From the NCBI GenBank assembly GCA_963695345.1, contig OY968769.1, forward strand, positions 288,001-352,000: DNA of 64,000 nt. The letters are read 5' to 3'. This document shows, piece by piece, positions 30,259-41,872 of the stretch; position 1 is the first letter of the stretch; the number at the start of each line of letters is the position of its first letter. This DNA is from an uncultured Methanomassiliicoccales archaeon (GTDB lineage: Archaea > Thermoplasmatota > Thermoplasmata > Methanomassiliicoccales > UBA472). The position numbers and the translations under genes were made by a program. The notes under the pieces were generated by a model. It made no database searches and was not told the DNA's origin. It worked only from the letters and a program-made list of their open reading frames with translations.

Positions 30259-31451
30259 ATGGTTGGAGAGAACTTAGAAGCACTGAAGAGGCGGGAAATG
30301 CTCCGGTCGGTCATCGACAAGAAGCAGATCTCCGAGCTCATAAACACGAAGTTCGAGACGATCACACCGGAGACATGCGCTCTCCGACGCGGTGGCGAAG
30401 ATGCGGGCCAGCGACCTGTACGAGATACCGGTCGTCGACAAGAAGAAGCTCGTCGGCGTACTGAGCTTCGGCTCGATGGTCAAGAAGAGGGCCATGGTCG
30501 CCGGCATGAAGGTCAAGGGAATGATGGACATCCCGCCCGAGCATAACGGCGGAGACGACCATCACCGAGGCCGCCGAGCAGTTCATCGCCACCAACTACC
30601 GTAACATGCCAGTGGTGCAAGGGATCCAGCCTGATCGGCATGCTGTCCAGGGCCGATGTGATCAAGATCGTCCAGGGCATCAAGGAGTTCAAGGACATGA
30701 AGGCCTCGGACATCATGACCTACGACATCACCGCGGTGGAGATGAAGGAGCCGATCCGGAACGCGCTGGAGATGATGAGGCGCATCGACGTCCGCACCAT
30801 TCCGGTGGTTGACGAGAAGTTCAAGCTGGCCGGCATAATCGGTATCCGCGACATCGTCAACTACTCCTGGACCGGCGGCAAGACGGCCAAGGAGACCCGG
30901 GGAGAGAGGGTCGGCAAGCCGCAGACCCGGTGGAGATCCAGGTGGAGTCGATCATGCACCCGGCGGTCACCACGATCAAGCAGGGGACGACCGTGAACGA
31001 AGCGGTCAAGCTGATGCTGGAGAAGAACATCTCCACCCTCCCGGTGGTCGAGAAGGACGTCATCAAGGGCGTTCTGACAGCGTATGATATCCTGGAGCTG
31101 ATGGCCTCGGTCAAGGAGAGGGATGTCGTCTACATGCAGATCTCCGGACTGGAAGAGGAGGACCGCTTCAACCTGGACCAGATGGAAAGGGAGATCCAGA
31201 CGGAACTGGCCAAGATCGCCAAGATCCAGAAGCCGATGCTGTTCAACATGCACGTGCAGAAGTACAACGCCACCGGCAACACGGCCAAGTACTCGCTGAC
31301 CGCGCGCATGCACACGGCGCAGAAGACCTACATCGCCAGCGGCGTCGACTGGTCCCTGATGGCCGCCACCGCCGACCTCATGAAGAGGTTCGACGAGCAG
31401 GTCACGGAGAACAAGGAAGCGAAGATCGAGAAGCGCAAGAAGATGCAGTGA
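30259..31451 (+). CDS. 4xCBS + C-terminal HPF/RaiA-like domain protein (Hib-type ribosome hibernation factor candidate; about 4 frameshifts)
   Basis: CBS motifs across shifted frames; C-terminal VYMQISGL...MHVQKY...KYSLTARM...IASGVDW...DLMKRFDEQV; GAGGTGA RBS. Confidence 0.75.
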
Positions 31452-31816
31452 ACCGCGCTTCTTTCGAAACCTTTTCCCAAATCCATTATTTTGCCTGCCC
31501 GGAATTTGTCTGGAACGGTTTATAAACGGTTATTATTCTCCATTGCCTAAAATAAAGTCTTGGGGGATCCAGACTCGAGATGGTGTTCAAAATTCTGGTT
31601 TGAATGATGGTGCACTTTGACTTAGCGTCGGTCAGACCGTTCGCAGCAGCACCGCCTCGCGGCAACGCTGGAAGCGAGGTTGCGACATGGGCACATATTT
31701 CTTTCGGCAATCGACGAGATGGTACCTAATGATGTGGTCAACGTGTGCGTGGGAATAGGAAAAGAATAAACCAAGACGGCCATCAGAATCATCGACCGGC
31801 CCATCCTTTCTTCCGG

Positions 31817-32194
31817 TCACTCCGTGCGGATCGCTCCGGCATCGGATTCTGACATCCTGACCGCGCGGACCTCTATGCGGGCGCGGGGTCCATAACCAAA
31901 CTCCGGGCTGCCCTTGGCCAGCTCGATCGCCTCATCCATGTCCTCGGCGAGGATGTGGAAATAGCCCACCTGTACCTCTCCCTTCGGTCGCATGGGTCGG
32001 ACGTTCCATTCATTGTTCGAACGGGAGATGATCGTCCCGTCCATCGCCAGCGGATGAGAAGAGATCAGCCTTCCGTTCTGTTTGAGCTTCATCGCGTAGG
32101 CTTGGCAGTCCCTGATGAACTGCTCATGCTTCTCCGGAGACCAATCCGCTTGGTAATCGATCTCGTTCCGGATGAGCAACATGAACATCTTCAT
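31817..32194 (-). CDS. YciI/DGPF-like protein
   Basis: MKMFMLLIR...GYFHILAEDMDEAIELAKGSP...IEVR. Confidence 0.85.
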   Translation of the reverse strand: MKMFMLLIRNEIDYQADWSPEKHEQFIRDCQAYAMKLKQNGRLISSHPLAMDGTIISRSNNEWNVRPMRPKGEVQVGYFHILAEDMDEAIELAKGSPEFGYGPRARIEVRAVRMSESDAGAIRTE

Positions 32195-32702
32195 CGGTAG
32201 ATGTTAGTAAGCTGCCGGCTGAAATGCTTTTCCATTGGACCATTACCACGAACCGGGCCATTATTCGGTCATTAAGCGAATGCAAAGCCGATGGGACCGT
32301 TTCCGATGCGATTGGGAATACGGACGGTTGCGAATGCTTCCGACTGAGTCCTCATAATATCTAATATATTCCATAAAGACTCAAAAAACAACCTTCGGAA
32401 CAGCCATTTTCGGGGCGGGTGGCTATTACATCCAGACAACTTTATGCAAAAATATAAGAAAATAGCCAGTAAAAAAAAGTGATAATGATTGGAATATAAC
32501 AATTAATGTAAAAGATATAAAAATAAGGTTTATTTATATGGAAGATATCCGAGATTTAAGCGCGGGATAGGCACAACCTCAGATTCCTCCAAACTCTGAC
32601 GCTTATCAATTCTGGCTTCTCCCGCGCCCCCCTAACTCCTAACTGTTCTATCGTGGCATTGACGCAATGCTTTTTACCCCATCCACCTTTCCCCTCCTGT
32701 CC

Positions 32703-35330
32703 ATGGCACAATACGAGGCGGTACCGACAGAGAGGAAATGGCAGGAGAAATGGAAGGAGTGGGAGCTCTACAGGTTCGACCAGGAATCGGACGCTCCGGT
32801 CTACTCCATCGACAACCCGCCGCGGTACGCTTCCGGCTCGCTGCACCTGGGCCACGCCACCGGCTATTCGCTGATCGATTTCACCGCCCGGTACCACCGG
32901 ATGCAGGGCTACAACGTCATGTTCCCCCTGTGCTTCGACGTGAACGGGACACCGGTCGAGGTGAAGGTGGAGAAGAAGTACGGCATCACCAAGCTGACCA
33001 AGCCCCGCCAGGAGTACATCAAGCTGTGCGAGGAGTACGCCAACACCTTCATCGGCGAGATGACCAAGCAGTTCGAGATACTGGGCGAGAGCATGGACCC
33101 CAGCGTCTACTATCAGACCGACGCCCCCTATTACCGGCGCATAACGCAGATCTCGTTCCTGAAGATGCTGGAGCACGGCCTGGCCTACAAGGGCAAGTAC
33201 CCGGTCAACTGGTGCCCGCGCTGCATCACGGCGCTGGCGGACGCTGAGGTGGAGTACCAGGAAGGCGTCACCAAGCTCAACTACATCAAGTTCAAGGTGG
33301 CCGGTTCGGACGAGCACATCGTCATCGCGACCACCCGTCCGGAGCTCATCTGCACCTGCCAGACGATCGCCGTGCACCCGAAGGACGCCAAGCTGGCGCA
33401 CCTGGTGGGCAAGGAGATCGAGACCCCGATATTCGGCAAGAAGGTCAAGATCATCGCCGACGACAAGGTCGACCCGAAGTTCGGTTCCGGCATCGTCATG
33501 ATCTGCACCATCGGCGACAAGACCGACCTGGAATGGGTCATGAAGTACAACCTGCCGCTGGACAAGGGCATCGACGAGCAGGGAAAGATGACCGAGCTGG
33601 CCGGTCCGTTCGCCGGCATGAAGGTCAAGGAGGCGCGTGCCGCGGCCATCGAGCTGCTGAAGCAGCAGGGCCTCATCATCAAGCAGGAGGTCCAGCCGCA
33701 GAACGTCTCCGTCTGCTGGAGATGCCACGAGACGATCGAGTTCCTGCAGGTGGAGCAGTGGTTCGTCAAGATCATGGACTTCAAGAAGGAAGTGCTCGCC
33801 AAGGCGGACGAGATCGAGTGGTTCCCCGAGTTCATGAAGGTGCGGCTGCAGGATTGGGTCAACTCGCTGCAGTGGGACTGGGTCGTTTCCCGGCAGCGCT
33901 ACTTCGCCACGCCGATACCGGTGTGGGAGTGCGATAACTGCAAGCACGTGGTCGCCGCCGAGGAGAAGGACTGCTACATCGACCCGACGGTGACGCCGGC
34001 GCCGTTCGACAAATGCCCCAAGTGCGGACGGAAAGCTCGTGGGCTGCCCGGACGTGTTCGACACCTGGATGGACTCCTCCGTATCGCCGCTGTACAACAC
34101 CTTCTGGATGAGGGACGAGGCCAAGTTCAAGAAACTGTATCCCGATGTCCGTGCAGGACGCAGTCGCACGACATCATCCGCACCTGGGCGTTCTACACCA
34201 TTCTGCGCGAGTACCTCATCACCGGGCAGATACCGTGGAAGGACATCATGATCCACGGGTTCATCATGTCGCCGGACGGGACGCCGATGCACACCTCGGC
34301 CGGCAACGTCATCGACCCGATGCCGCTGCTGGAGAACGTACGGCGCGGACGCGATGCGCTACTACGCCTGCACCTGCGCTCTCGGCGAGGACAACGCCTT
34401 CCGGGAGAAGGACGTCATCCACGGCAAGAAGCTGGCCACGAAGATGTGGAACCTGGGCAAGTTCGTGGAGATGGTCGTGAAGGAGAAACCGAAGGAGAAG
34501 GGGCTGCACCTGATCGACAGATGGATCCTCACGCAAGTTCTCCAAGATGGTGCTGGCGACGACGGAGTGCTACGACCACTACCAGTTCGACAAGGCGATG
34601 AAGGAGGTCGAGCAGTTCGCCTGGCACGAGTTCGCCGACCACTACGTGGAGATGGTGAAGGCGAGGGTCAAGGACGAGAACGATGAGGGCGTTCGCTACA
34701 CGCTGTACACCGTCTACCTGGGCATCATCAAGATGATGGCGCCCATGATGCCCCACGTGACCGAGGACGCCTACCAGTCGGGTTTCATCTCGATGGACGG
34801 GGCCAAGAGCATCCACGTGGCCAAATGGCCGGTGGCGGTCCTGTTCGACGAGCAGGCGGAGAAGGACGGCGACCTGATCAGGGACGTCATCGGCGCGATC
34901 CGGACGTACAAATCGGAAAGGAAGCTGTCCCTCAACTCGGAGATCGAGATGGTGGAGATCATCGGGGACGCCTCGGAGAAGTTCGTCGGCTCGGAGGAGG
35001 ACATATCCTCGACGGTCCGCGCCAAGGAGCTCAAGCTGGCGTCGAAGCTGAACCTGGAGGAGAAGGTCATCGCGCTGAAGCCGCTGCTGGCGAAGATCGG
35101 GCCGACCTTCAAGGGCAAGGCCAAGGAAGTGACCGAGCAGGATCAAGGCGCTGGACACCGAGAAGGATTCCGAGGCGGTGGCCAACGGCACCTACGAGTT
35201 CGAATTGTCCGACGGGACCAAGGTAGTGCTGAGCCGGGAACTGGTCGACATCGAGAAGAAGATGACGCTTCAGGGAAAGGCGGTAGACACCGTCCAGGTC
35301 GGAGAGCTGCTCATCGCGATACAGCCTTGA
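32703..35330 (+). CDS. valS: Valine-tRNA ligase (about 5 frameshifts, presumed sequencing errors)
   Basis: DNPPRYASGSLHLGH, ATTRPEL, MICTIGD, WDWVVSRQR, FDTWMDSS, QSHDIIRTW, PMHTS (KMSKS equivalent), FADHYVE, PMMPHVTE. Confidence 0.95.
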
Positions 35331-35347
35331 ACCGGCTGAAACCACTT

Positions 35348-35749
35348 TCACTTTCTCTCTTTTCTATGACCTATCTCTGGGCCACGATGGCGATGAACCA
35401 TACGCCCAGACCGGCGCCGAGAAGGATGAGGCCCGGCTGAAGGTGCCCGATTATGGTGAAACCGGATACGAATGCCAGCAGCATGCCTACGATGCCTAGC
35501 CCGCCGCATACCCGGTAGCCGCGCCACATCTGCTTGATCGGCGATGAGGATGGAATCGTGCATGAACCAGACGATGATCAGGAGCATGATGATCGCGGCG
35601 TACTGCACATACTTCTCCGTCTCGTTGACGAAGGTGTTGAACAATACCCCGCCAGGGCTGAAGCCCAACGTGCCGAAAAGACCGAAGGTGAACATCGATA
35701 CGATCGGCTTTATCGAACGATACCGTTTCCTACGTCTCGCCATTCCCAT
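35348..35749 (-). CDS. Small membrane protein (frameshift at ~35510)
   Basis: Basic N-terminus followed by several hydrophobic segments continuing in a second frame. Confidence 0.6.
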   Translation of the reverse strand: MGMARRRKRYRSIKPIVSMFTFGLFGTLGFSPGGVLFNTFVNETEKYVQYAAIIMLLIIVWFMHDSILIADQADVARLPGMRRARHRRHAAGIRIRFHHNRAPSAGPHPSRRRSGRMVHRHRGPEIGHRKERK

Positions 35750-35892
35750 CCCTGTATCGCAATGGAGTTGTGCTTAATATAAGGGACGAAACAAACCTAT
35801 ATTCTTTTTCCTATTCGCTTGATGATGGGTGTGCCAGTCGGGGGCAATAAGTTTAAATGGGATTTGCATATTCGTGGATAAGCACACACCGT

Positions 35893-35965
35893 GTGGGCGT
35901 AGTGTAGCTGGTTATCACTCGTGCTTGCCAAGCACGAGACTCGGGTTCGAATCCCGACGCCCGCA
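35893..35965 (+). tRNA. tRNA-Gly(GCC), no CCA encoded
   Basis: GTGGGCG/CGCCCGC acceptor, CGTGC-TTGCCAA-GCACG anticodon arm, TCGGG-TTCGAAT-CCCGA T-arm; TTTAAA box ~40 bp upstream. Confidence 0.95.
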
Positions 35966-36248
35966 CTCATTCTTCATCCAGTCAGACGGAACAATTTCTC
36001 AGAAAAAACGAATTCTTCAGAATCGAGATCTGCAAAAGCCTATTGTCTGAATCCTTTCAACGAATGCTTTCTTGATTCGAAGTTTGAGATGATGATCCAT
36101 TTACCTAATGAACAGGCAACCGAATGAGGACTAGAACAAGTAAGAAAAGAAAGATAATCACGGAAAGATTTTTCGGAAAGGGTTTACTCGATTCGGATGG
36201 TCTGGTACTCTTTGATTTTTCTTAGTCCTTCTTATTGTCTACCTTGAC

Positions 36249-38637
36249 CTACGTCTTGTCAGAGTTCTTCCCGGTCCGCAGGATGATGAAGATCAAGATG
36301 ATGATCGCCAGCATAATCGAGATACCGATGCCGATCACTGTGGTTGAGTCGATCCCGTTGGTCTTGCTCTGAAGGCCTCCGACATCTGACTTGACCTGGC
36401 CCATGTTGGTGCTAATGGTGGCCACGGTCCCGTTCATGCTGGTCACGTTTCCCTTGATGTTACCGAGGGTGCTGGTCATGTTCACATTGTCACCCTGGAG
36501 GGATACGACCTTCAACCAGATGTCAGACACGTTCGCCTTTACCAGGCCGGCATCGGTCTGGATCGATGGCGACGGTTCCGTTCAGGCTGTCGATTTTCGC
36601 GTGCAGGTTGGCCAGACTTACCTGGACCATGCCGAGCGTCGTGTTGACGGAGGCGAGGTTACCCTCGATGCCCAAAACTTTAGCGTGAATTGCGTTTACC
36701 GTTGTGTTGGTGAATCCCAGGTCGGTATGGATGGTCGCTACTGTTCCATCGATGCTGGTCACGATCGTGTGTATGTCGTTCACATTGGTGGTAAGCGTTC
36801 CCAGGTCGGTTTCGATCTGAACAACAATGCCGCTGATGCTCACCACTGACGCGTGAATTGCGTTCACCGTTACGTTGGTGTACCCAAGGTCGGTTTTGAT
36901 ATGAACGACTGCGCCGTTGATCGAGACAACGATCGCATGGATGTCGTCGACGGTCGTGGTAAGCGTTCCCAGGTCGGTATGGATGGTTGCCAGTGTTCCC
37001 TGGATGTCGATCACCCTGGCGTGGATATCGTTCACCGTTGCGTTGGTGTAGCCCAGGTCGGTCTGGATGGTCGCTACTGTTCCATAGATGCTGGTGACGA
37101 TTGCGTTTATGTCGTTGACATTCGCTACCAGGTCCTGGATGTGATGTCGGTGTACACCGTGGCATGGGGTAAGCGTACCCAGGTCGGTCTGGATGGTTGC
37201 CATTGTTCCCTGGATGTCGATCACCCTGGCATGGATGTCGTTCACCGTTGTGTTGGTGTAGCCCAGGTCGGTCTGGATGGTCGCTACCGTTCCATCGATG
37301 CTGGTCACGATCGCGTGTATGTCGTCGACATTCGCGGTAAGCGTACCAAGGTCGGTCTGGATGGTGAATATGCCATACTCAATGTATGCCAGTCCCTCGT
37401 CGATGGAGGTTATGCTCTCCTCGATGATGCCGATATCGGTTTGGATGGTGACAACGTTTCCGTTTATGCTCATTATCCGTGCATTCATACCGACCAGTGT
37501 GTCAGATATGACAAAGGTCCTGAGCGAGCTTCCATAGTTGGACCCGCTGTTGACCGACAATACCAGGGTGTACTGGCCGGCAGGAGCGTATCCAGGTATG
37601 GTCCAGTCGACAATCCACACACCCGAGGTGATCCTGTACATATCTCCAGACAGGTCGGTGGTGCTTAGATTGGGCGCGTACAGCATAGCGTTCATATTCG
37701 TCGGGTCGAACAGATGTCCGTTAACGGTCATCGACATCCACCAAGTGACGATCTCGCCGGGGAAATGTATCGTTCCGACGTCCATCACGATATCGATGGG
37801 GGTGGCATCTCCTGATGCAAAGTCCCCCATGGTCAATCCATTGAACGCATTACCAGGTGAGGGGAAGGTCGAGACGGCGTAGGCGTGGCCACGGATGTCG
37901 GCGGGGGTATTGATAATCCAGTCCGCGCCACCAATGGTAGGCGCAACAAGTCCTAGGAATGTTATTGAGGCCAGGGAGGTGCAGGAATGGAACGTAAAGT
38001 CCCCGATGGTGGTGACGCTGTTGGGGATGATGATGGAGGTCAGGGCGGAGCAGTAGATGAACGCATAGGCCCCGATGGTGGTGACGCTGTTGGGGATGTT
38101 GATGGAGGCCAGGGAGGTGCAGGAACGGAACGCGTCGACACCGATGGTGGTGATGCTGTTGGGGATGATGAAGGAGGTCAGGGAGGTGCATTGTTGGAAC
38201 GCAGAGGCAGGGATGGTAGTGACACCGTTGGGGATGTTGATGGAGGCCAGGGAGGTGCAGGAATGGAACGCACCGACACCGATGGTGGTGACGCCACTTC
38301 CTATGGTCACGGAGGTCAGGGCGGAGCAGGAGAGGAAAGCATAAGTTCCGATGGTAGTGACGCTGTCGGGAATCGTCACGGAGGTCAGAGAGGCATATTG
38401 GAACGCAGTGATAGCGATGGCTCTGGTGGGAAACCCTCCCAACGTGGATGGTATGACGATATCTCCGCCGGTGCCGGTGTATCCGGTGATGGTAGAGAAC
38501 CCTCCGTTCTCGGTGTAGATATAGTCGCCGTCCTGTGCCGCTGACACGTTATCCGCGGCAACGACGACGAAAGCGCCCAGCAACAGCATGATCACAATCA
38601 ATATCGTTATCCCAAATATTCCTGACCTCTTTTCCAT
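36249..38637 (-). CDS. Surface adhesin-like protein: signal/TM, BspA-type LRRs, Ig-like domain, 21-aa repeat stalk, C-terminal TM anchor (frameshift at ~36560)
   Basis: CxxLTSVTIPxSVTTIGxxAF repeats; TIQTDLG repeats; tail VIGIGISIMLAIIILIFIILRTGK. Confidence 0.88.
36560..37480 (-). repeat. Coding tandem repeat, 63-bp unit (alternating 126-bp A/B pairs)
   Basis: Recurrent cccaggtcggt(c/a)tggatggt every ~63 bp; encodes xxIxGTxATIQTDLGxxxxxVxxIHA. Confidence 0.85.
37965..38420 (-). repeat. Coding tandem repeat, 69-bp BspA LRR units (about 6-7)
   Basis: Recurrent ggaggtcagggaggtgcag / ccgatggtggtgacgctgttgggg. Confidence 0.85.
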
Positions 38638-39378
38638 ATTACAAAACCCCTTAGACAGTGTAGCTCGGTTCGAAACGAATGGATATAAAATAGAATTCTG
38701 TCTACCAATCTTCAAGAACGATATTAAAGCGGCCTGTCTTATTATCATTTATAAAAATGAATTCGCTAATATCTAAGCAGCTTCAAATTTCCATCCAACT
38801 TCATTTATAATTGTGCCGCATGATCCACATTAGCATTTACCCCCTAGCGAAGTAAGAGGGTTCTTGAATTTCCTCTAGAAGAACGTTGATGGCGGTGGTC
38901 ACTGATTTTACCAGAGTTAAGATTCTACTCTACCTTCATAATTTCTTTCTCTTACCTTGATAAAGAACCAATTGCATCGCGACAAACGCAATTGCGACAA
39001 TGCCAGGCTCCGTTTTAATTTCAAAGTTTGCGAGCCAGTTCAGTCAGCTTCATTTTTCCGTCCATCCTAAACACTGTCCGATCCATCATCGACCTGGCCC
39101 CCAATCTCTATAGAAGGCAATGGAGGGTTCGTTCCAGTCCAAACACCGGCCGACATGGTCATTTATTATTGGTTGGATATTTAGTGGTGGGCGCCTGATT
39201 AGTTAGAAATGATTGTAGAGGTTGCACTAAGAAGGGAGAATCTTGTATTCCCGATCAGGATGTTTTGCCCATCACACAATACTGAAGAGAAGCATAAATA
39301 TTAACTATTAGATATTATTGCAATATATTAAATAGATGTGGAGGCTAATGGAATGATCGACGGTAAGGAGTTTGCAAC

Positions 39379-39663
39379 ATGGATAATACCACCGAAGAAA
39401 AGGCAGGCGTTCCACAGAATGATAATTTGACCGCCAACCCAGCACCGTCGTCTGGTCTAAATACCGATGAGTCCTTGAGGGGGAAGAAACGCAAATCCAG
39501 TCATATCGACAATAAGACCGACGCCATTTTCCAAGACACCATGGTCGGACCAGTGCCCGTGAGCCCTAAGACCGAACAGGGAATGGGGGATTCGAAGGTC
39601 GGAGTCGTGGAAGCCGTCCAGAATACAAAAAAGCGAAATAAATGGAAATTTTGGAAGTCATAG
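39379..39663 (+). CDS. Small disordered hypothetical protein ending KKRNKWKFWKS
   Basis: GGAG RBS, AT-rich promoter-like region upstream; basic/aromatic tail. Confidence 0.6.
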   Translation: MDNTTEEKAGVPQNDNLTANPAPSSGLNTDESLRGKKRKSSHIDNKTDAIFQDTMVGPVPVSPKTEQGMGDSKVGVVEAVQNTKKRNKWKFWKS

Positions 39664-39845
39664 AGAGATTTCAAGCAGGAAATCTTAATGTCCCGTTCCT
39701 TGTTACCCAATACGCATTTCCAGACATATATTTTTCAAATTCAACTCTGAATTTTAGGGAATAAGTTGAACCCCAGTCTGCGCGGTCTTCTCCATAAATT
39801 GATTTTGTTATCAAAATGACAAATGATATATAAACTATTGACTAT

Positions 39846-40787
39846 TTGATAATGGAAATGGCCAACTCACCTTATGTCTTCACAAGTAGTCAACTTGAGG
39901 TATTTCGGGAGATCTGTTTAGGTAGAAAGACAGTAAGAGAAATAGCTCAATTTTCCGATCAATCGATCAAGACCGTCTATAGGATAACGGAAATTCTAAG
40001 GAATTCGGGGATTTTAACAGCATCTGGCAGCCATGGAGCCCATTTCACACCCAGCACGGATCTTCGTTCAGCTGCTTTGAAACGCTACCTGCTGTCGGAG
40101 AAGCATCCGGTCGACGCGATAACAGGGTCAAAATTGCTTCTGTTGCTTTCCATTTCTCAAATGCCAAAGAGCATCGATAGGATTTCCAAGGAAACGTGCC
40201 TTAAGTATGATACTGTTAGAGTCCTTGCGTGGGCCTTGAAGAACTATGGTGTAGTCACTCAGACCCGAGACGAAATCGTGATTTCACCGACCGCCGCATC
40301 CATAACCCAATTCCTACAGGATTTCTCTAAGGGCATGAATCTGAGAATAATGGAACAGAGGACAAAGGTTGGGATCTTGACCTGGAGCGGCGGTCTGGAG
40401 TGCATCTTCTCGACTAGGGCCCTTGACGACTCGAGCAATGTCAAAAAAACCGGAATTTCGGCCATGGGCAGTTATGGTCTACGTTTCATCACTGAAAATG
40501 ATTATTATTATTACTCAAATTGGAACTCGGACCTGAGACCGGAAGATATCGCCATCCACAATATACTCACAAACCCCTTCAGTTCCACGGTTATCGGTTA
40601 CTCGATACTGTTCCTCAAGAGGACAGGATTCGATAGCGACTACCTTTTGGAAGTGTCGAGGGACGCGGGAATCGAGGAATTGGTGAAGGATATGACCAGG
40701 GCCATGGCCGGAGAGGTCGTTAAGAATAAGTTCATACCGACACCTGACGACATGCGTGACCTATCCGCCCAATATGGGGTGAGTTGA
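39846..40787 (+). CDS. Tandem wHTH protein with C-terminal domain; putative antitoxin/regulator
   Basis: KTVREIAQ...TVYRITEILRNSGIL; second HTH KSIDRISKET; TGISAMGSYG; ATGA-type overlap with next gene. Confidence 0.75.
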   Translation: MIMEMANSPYVFTSSQLEVFREICLGRKTVREIAQFSDQSIKTVYRITEILRNSGILTASGSHGAHFTPSTDLRSAALKRYLLSEKHPVDAITGSKLLLLLSISQMPKSIDRISKETCLKYDTVRVLAWALKNYGVVTQTRDEIVISPTAASITQFLQDFSKGMNLRIMEQRTKVGILTWSGGLECIFSTRALDDSSNVKKTGISAMGSYGLRFITENDYYYYSNWNSDLRPEDIAIHNILTNPFSSTVIGYSILFLKRTGFDSDYLLEVSRDAGIEELVKDMTRAMAGEVVKNKFIPTPDDMRDLSAQYGVS

Positions 40788-41614
40788 TGGAAACGGCTCA
40801 ATTCGACAAGAACGATGTGCTATCGGTGATGGGTGCCGCCGGGAAGATATGTTCGCGGAGAATTGCTGTGTACATGGTCGGTGGTGGAGCTATGGCCATA
40901 CGAGGAGAGAAAGCAGCCACCAAAGATGTTGATCTGATCTTGGAATCTGAAGAAGATGCAAAGGAACTAAGCGAGGCGTTCAAGGGTTTAGATTTCGAGG
41001 TGAATTCCAGACATCCCATGGAATGCAGGGAATTGGTCGATGCTGAGATAATGACAACGATGAATGGGATGAGGGTCGATATTTTTGTCAGAACGGTCTG
41101 CCATAAATTGTTCTTCAGCGAGGGGATGAAAGGTCGTTCTGAATTGGTCGGGGAAATGGGCCAGATATCTCTAAATATCTGTTCACGAGAGGATATATTC
41201 CTTTTAAAGAGCGTAACAGAACGGAACAGGGATTTGGATGATATGGTAGTGCTATACCGCAAGGGCATTGACAAAGACACTATCATGAAAGAATGTCAAA
41301 TCCAAGATCTGCTCGATTCGCAGGTTGGAGGGAGGATATGGGAGGCGTTCCTTTCTATTAAAATCGAAGAAATGGAAGGAAGGTTTGGTATTACTATCCC
41401 ATGGAAAGGTGAATTGAAAAGGATAGCGGACCTCAAACTTGGATGTGTCTTGGTTTTGAATAAGATTAGAGCAGGGTCGCATACCGTTAATGCCATCTCG
41501 ATGGAGCTCGGAATTAAACCAGCAGATATCAGGAAATATGTTGCATCACTTGAAGATGAGGGATTGGTTGTTTCAGATCGAAGCAAAAGGCCAAATCAGA
41601 TTTCGCTCAGATAA
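40784..41614 (+). CDS. Pol-beta-fold nucleotidyltransferase (DUF6036/AbiEii-like) with C-terminal wHTH
   Basis: YMVGGGAMAIRG-KAATKDVDLI, DIFLLKSVTERNRDLDD; C-terminal TVNAISMELG...YVASLEDEGLV. Confidence 0.8.
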   Translation: MMETAQFDKNDVLSVMGAAGKICSRRIAVYMVGGGAMAIRGEKAATKDVDLILESEEDAKELSEAFKGLDFEVNSRHPMECRELVDAEIMTTMNGMRVDIFVRTVCHKLFFSEGMKGRSELVGEMGQISLNICSREDIFLLKSVTERNRDLDDMVVLYRKGIDKDTIMKECQIQDLLDSQVGGRIWEAFLSIKIEEMEGRFGITIPWKGELKRIADLKLGCVLVLNKIRAGSHTVNAISMELGIKPADIRKYVASLEDEGLVVSDRSKRPNQISLR

Positions 41615-41872
41615 TGCAATGTTAACGACAAAATACAATTGTTCAAAGGGGCAAGAGGTTCGAATCTCCTTGATCATACTTACCATAATTCTTGAGACCT
41701 TTGAATGGTTATCTGGAGTTCCAGGGTTTAAATCCTAAAGCACTCACTCTCAACCATATCCAAGCAGATAATTTCTAAATTCAATTTTGGGGGAAAATGC
41801 ACCTGGGTTGTCCGGGATAGTTTTCCATGCCCTGATCATCGTGTCTTGCCCTTTCAGACACCAGTAGATCTG

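Noticed and set aside
31632-31820. SHAHVDH metallo-beta-lactamase-like motif in a 62-aa ORF
   Set aside because: Isolated motif without the rest of the fold; remnant or chance
32703-35330. Programmed frameshifting or pseudogenisation of valS
   Set aside because: Multiple breaks without a shared slippery motif in an essential gene; sequencing error is more parsimonious
37965-38420. Regular 69-bp repeats (also 44830-45280) resembling a CRISPR array
   Set aside because: Period is a multiple of 3, units are degenerate and encode LRRs; no unique spacers or cas operon
41650-41675. gaggttcgaatctc as a tRNA fragment or attR of the tRNA-Gly island
   Set aside because: Only the GGTTCGAATC core matches; flanks do not match tRNA-Gly and no cloverleaf forms
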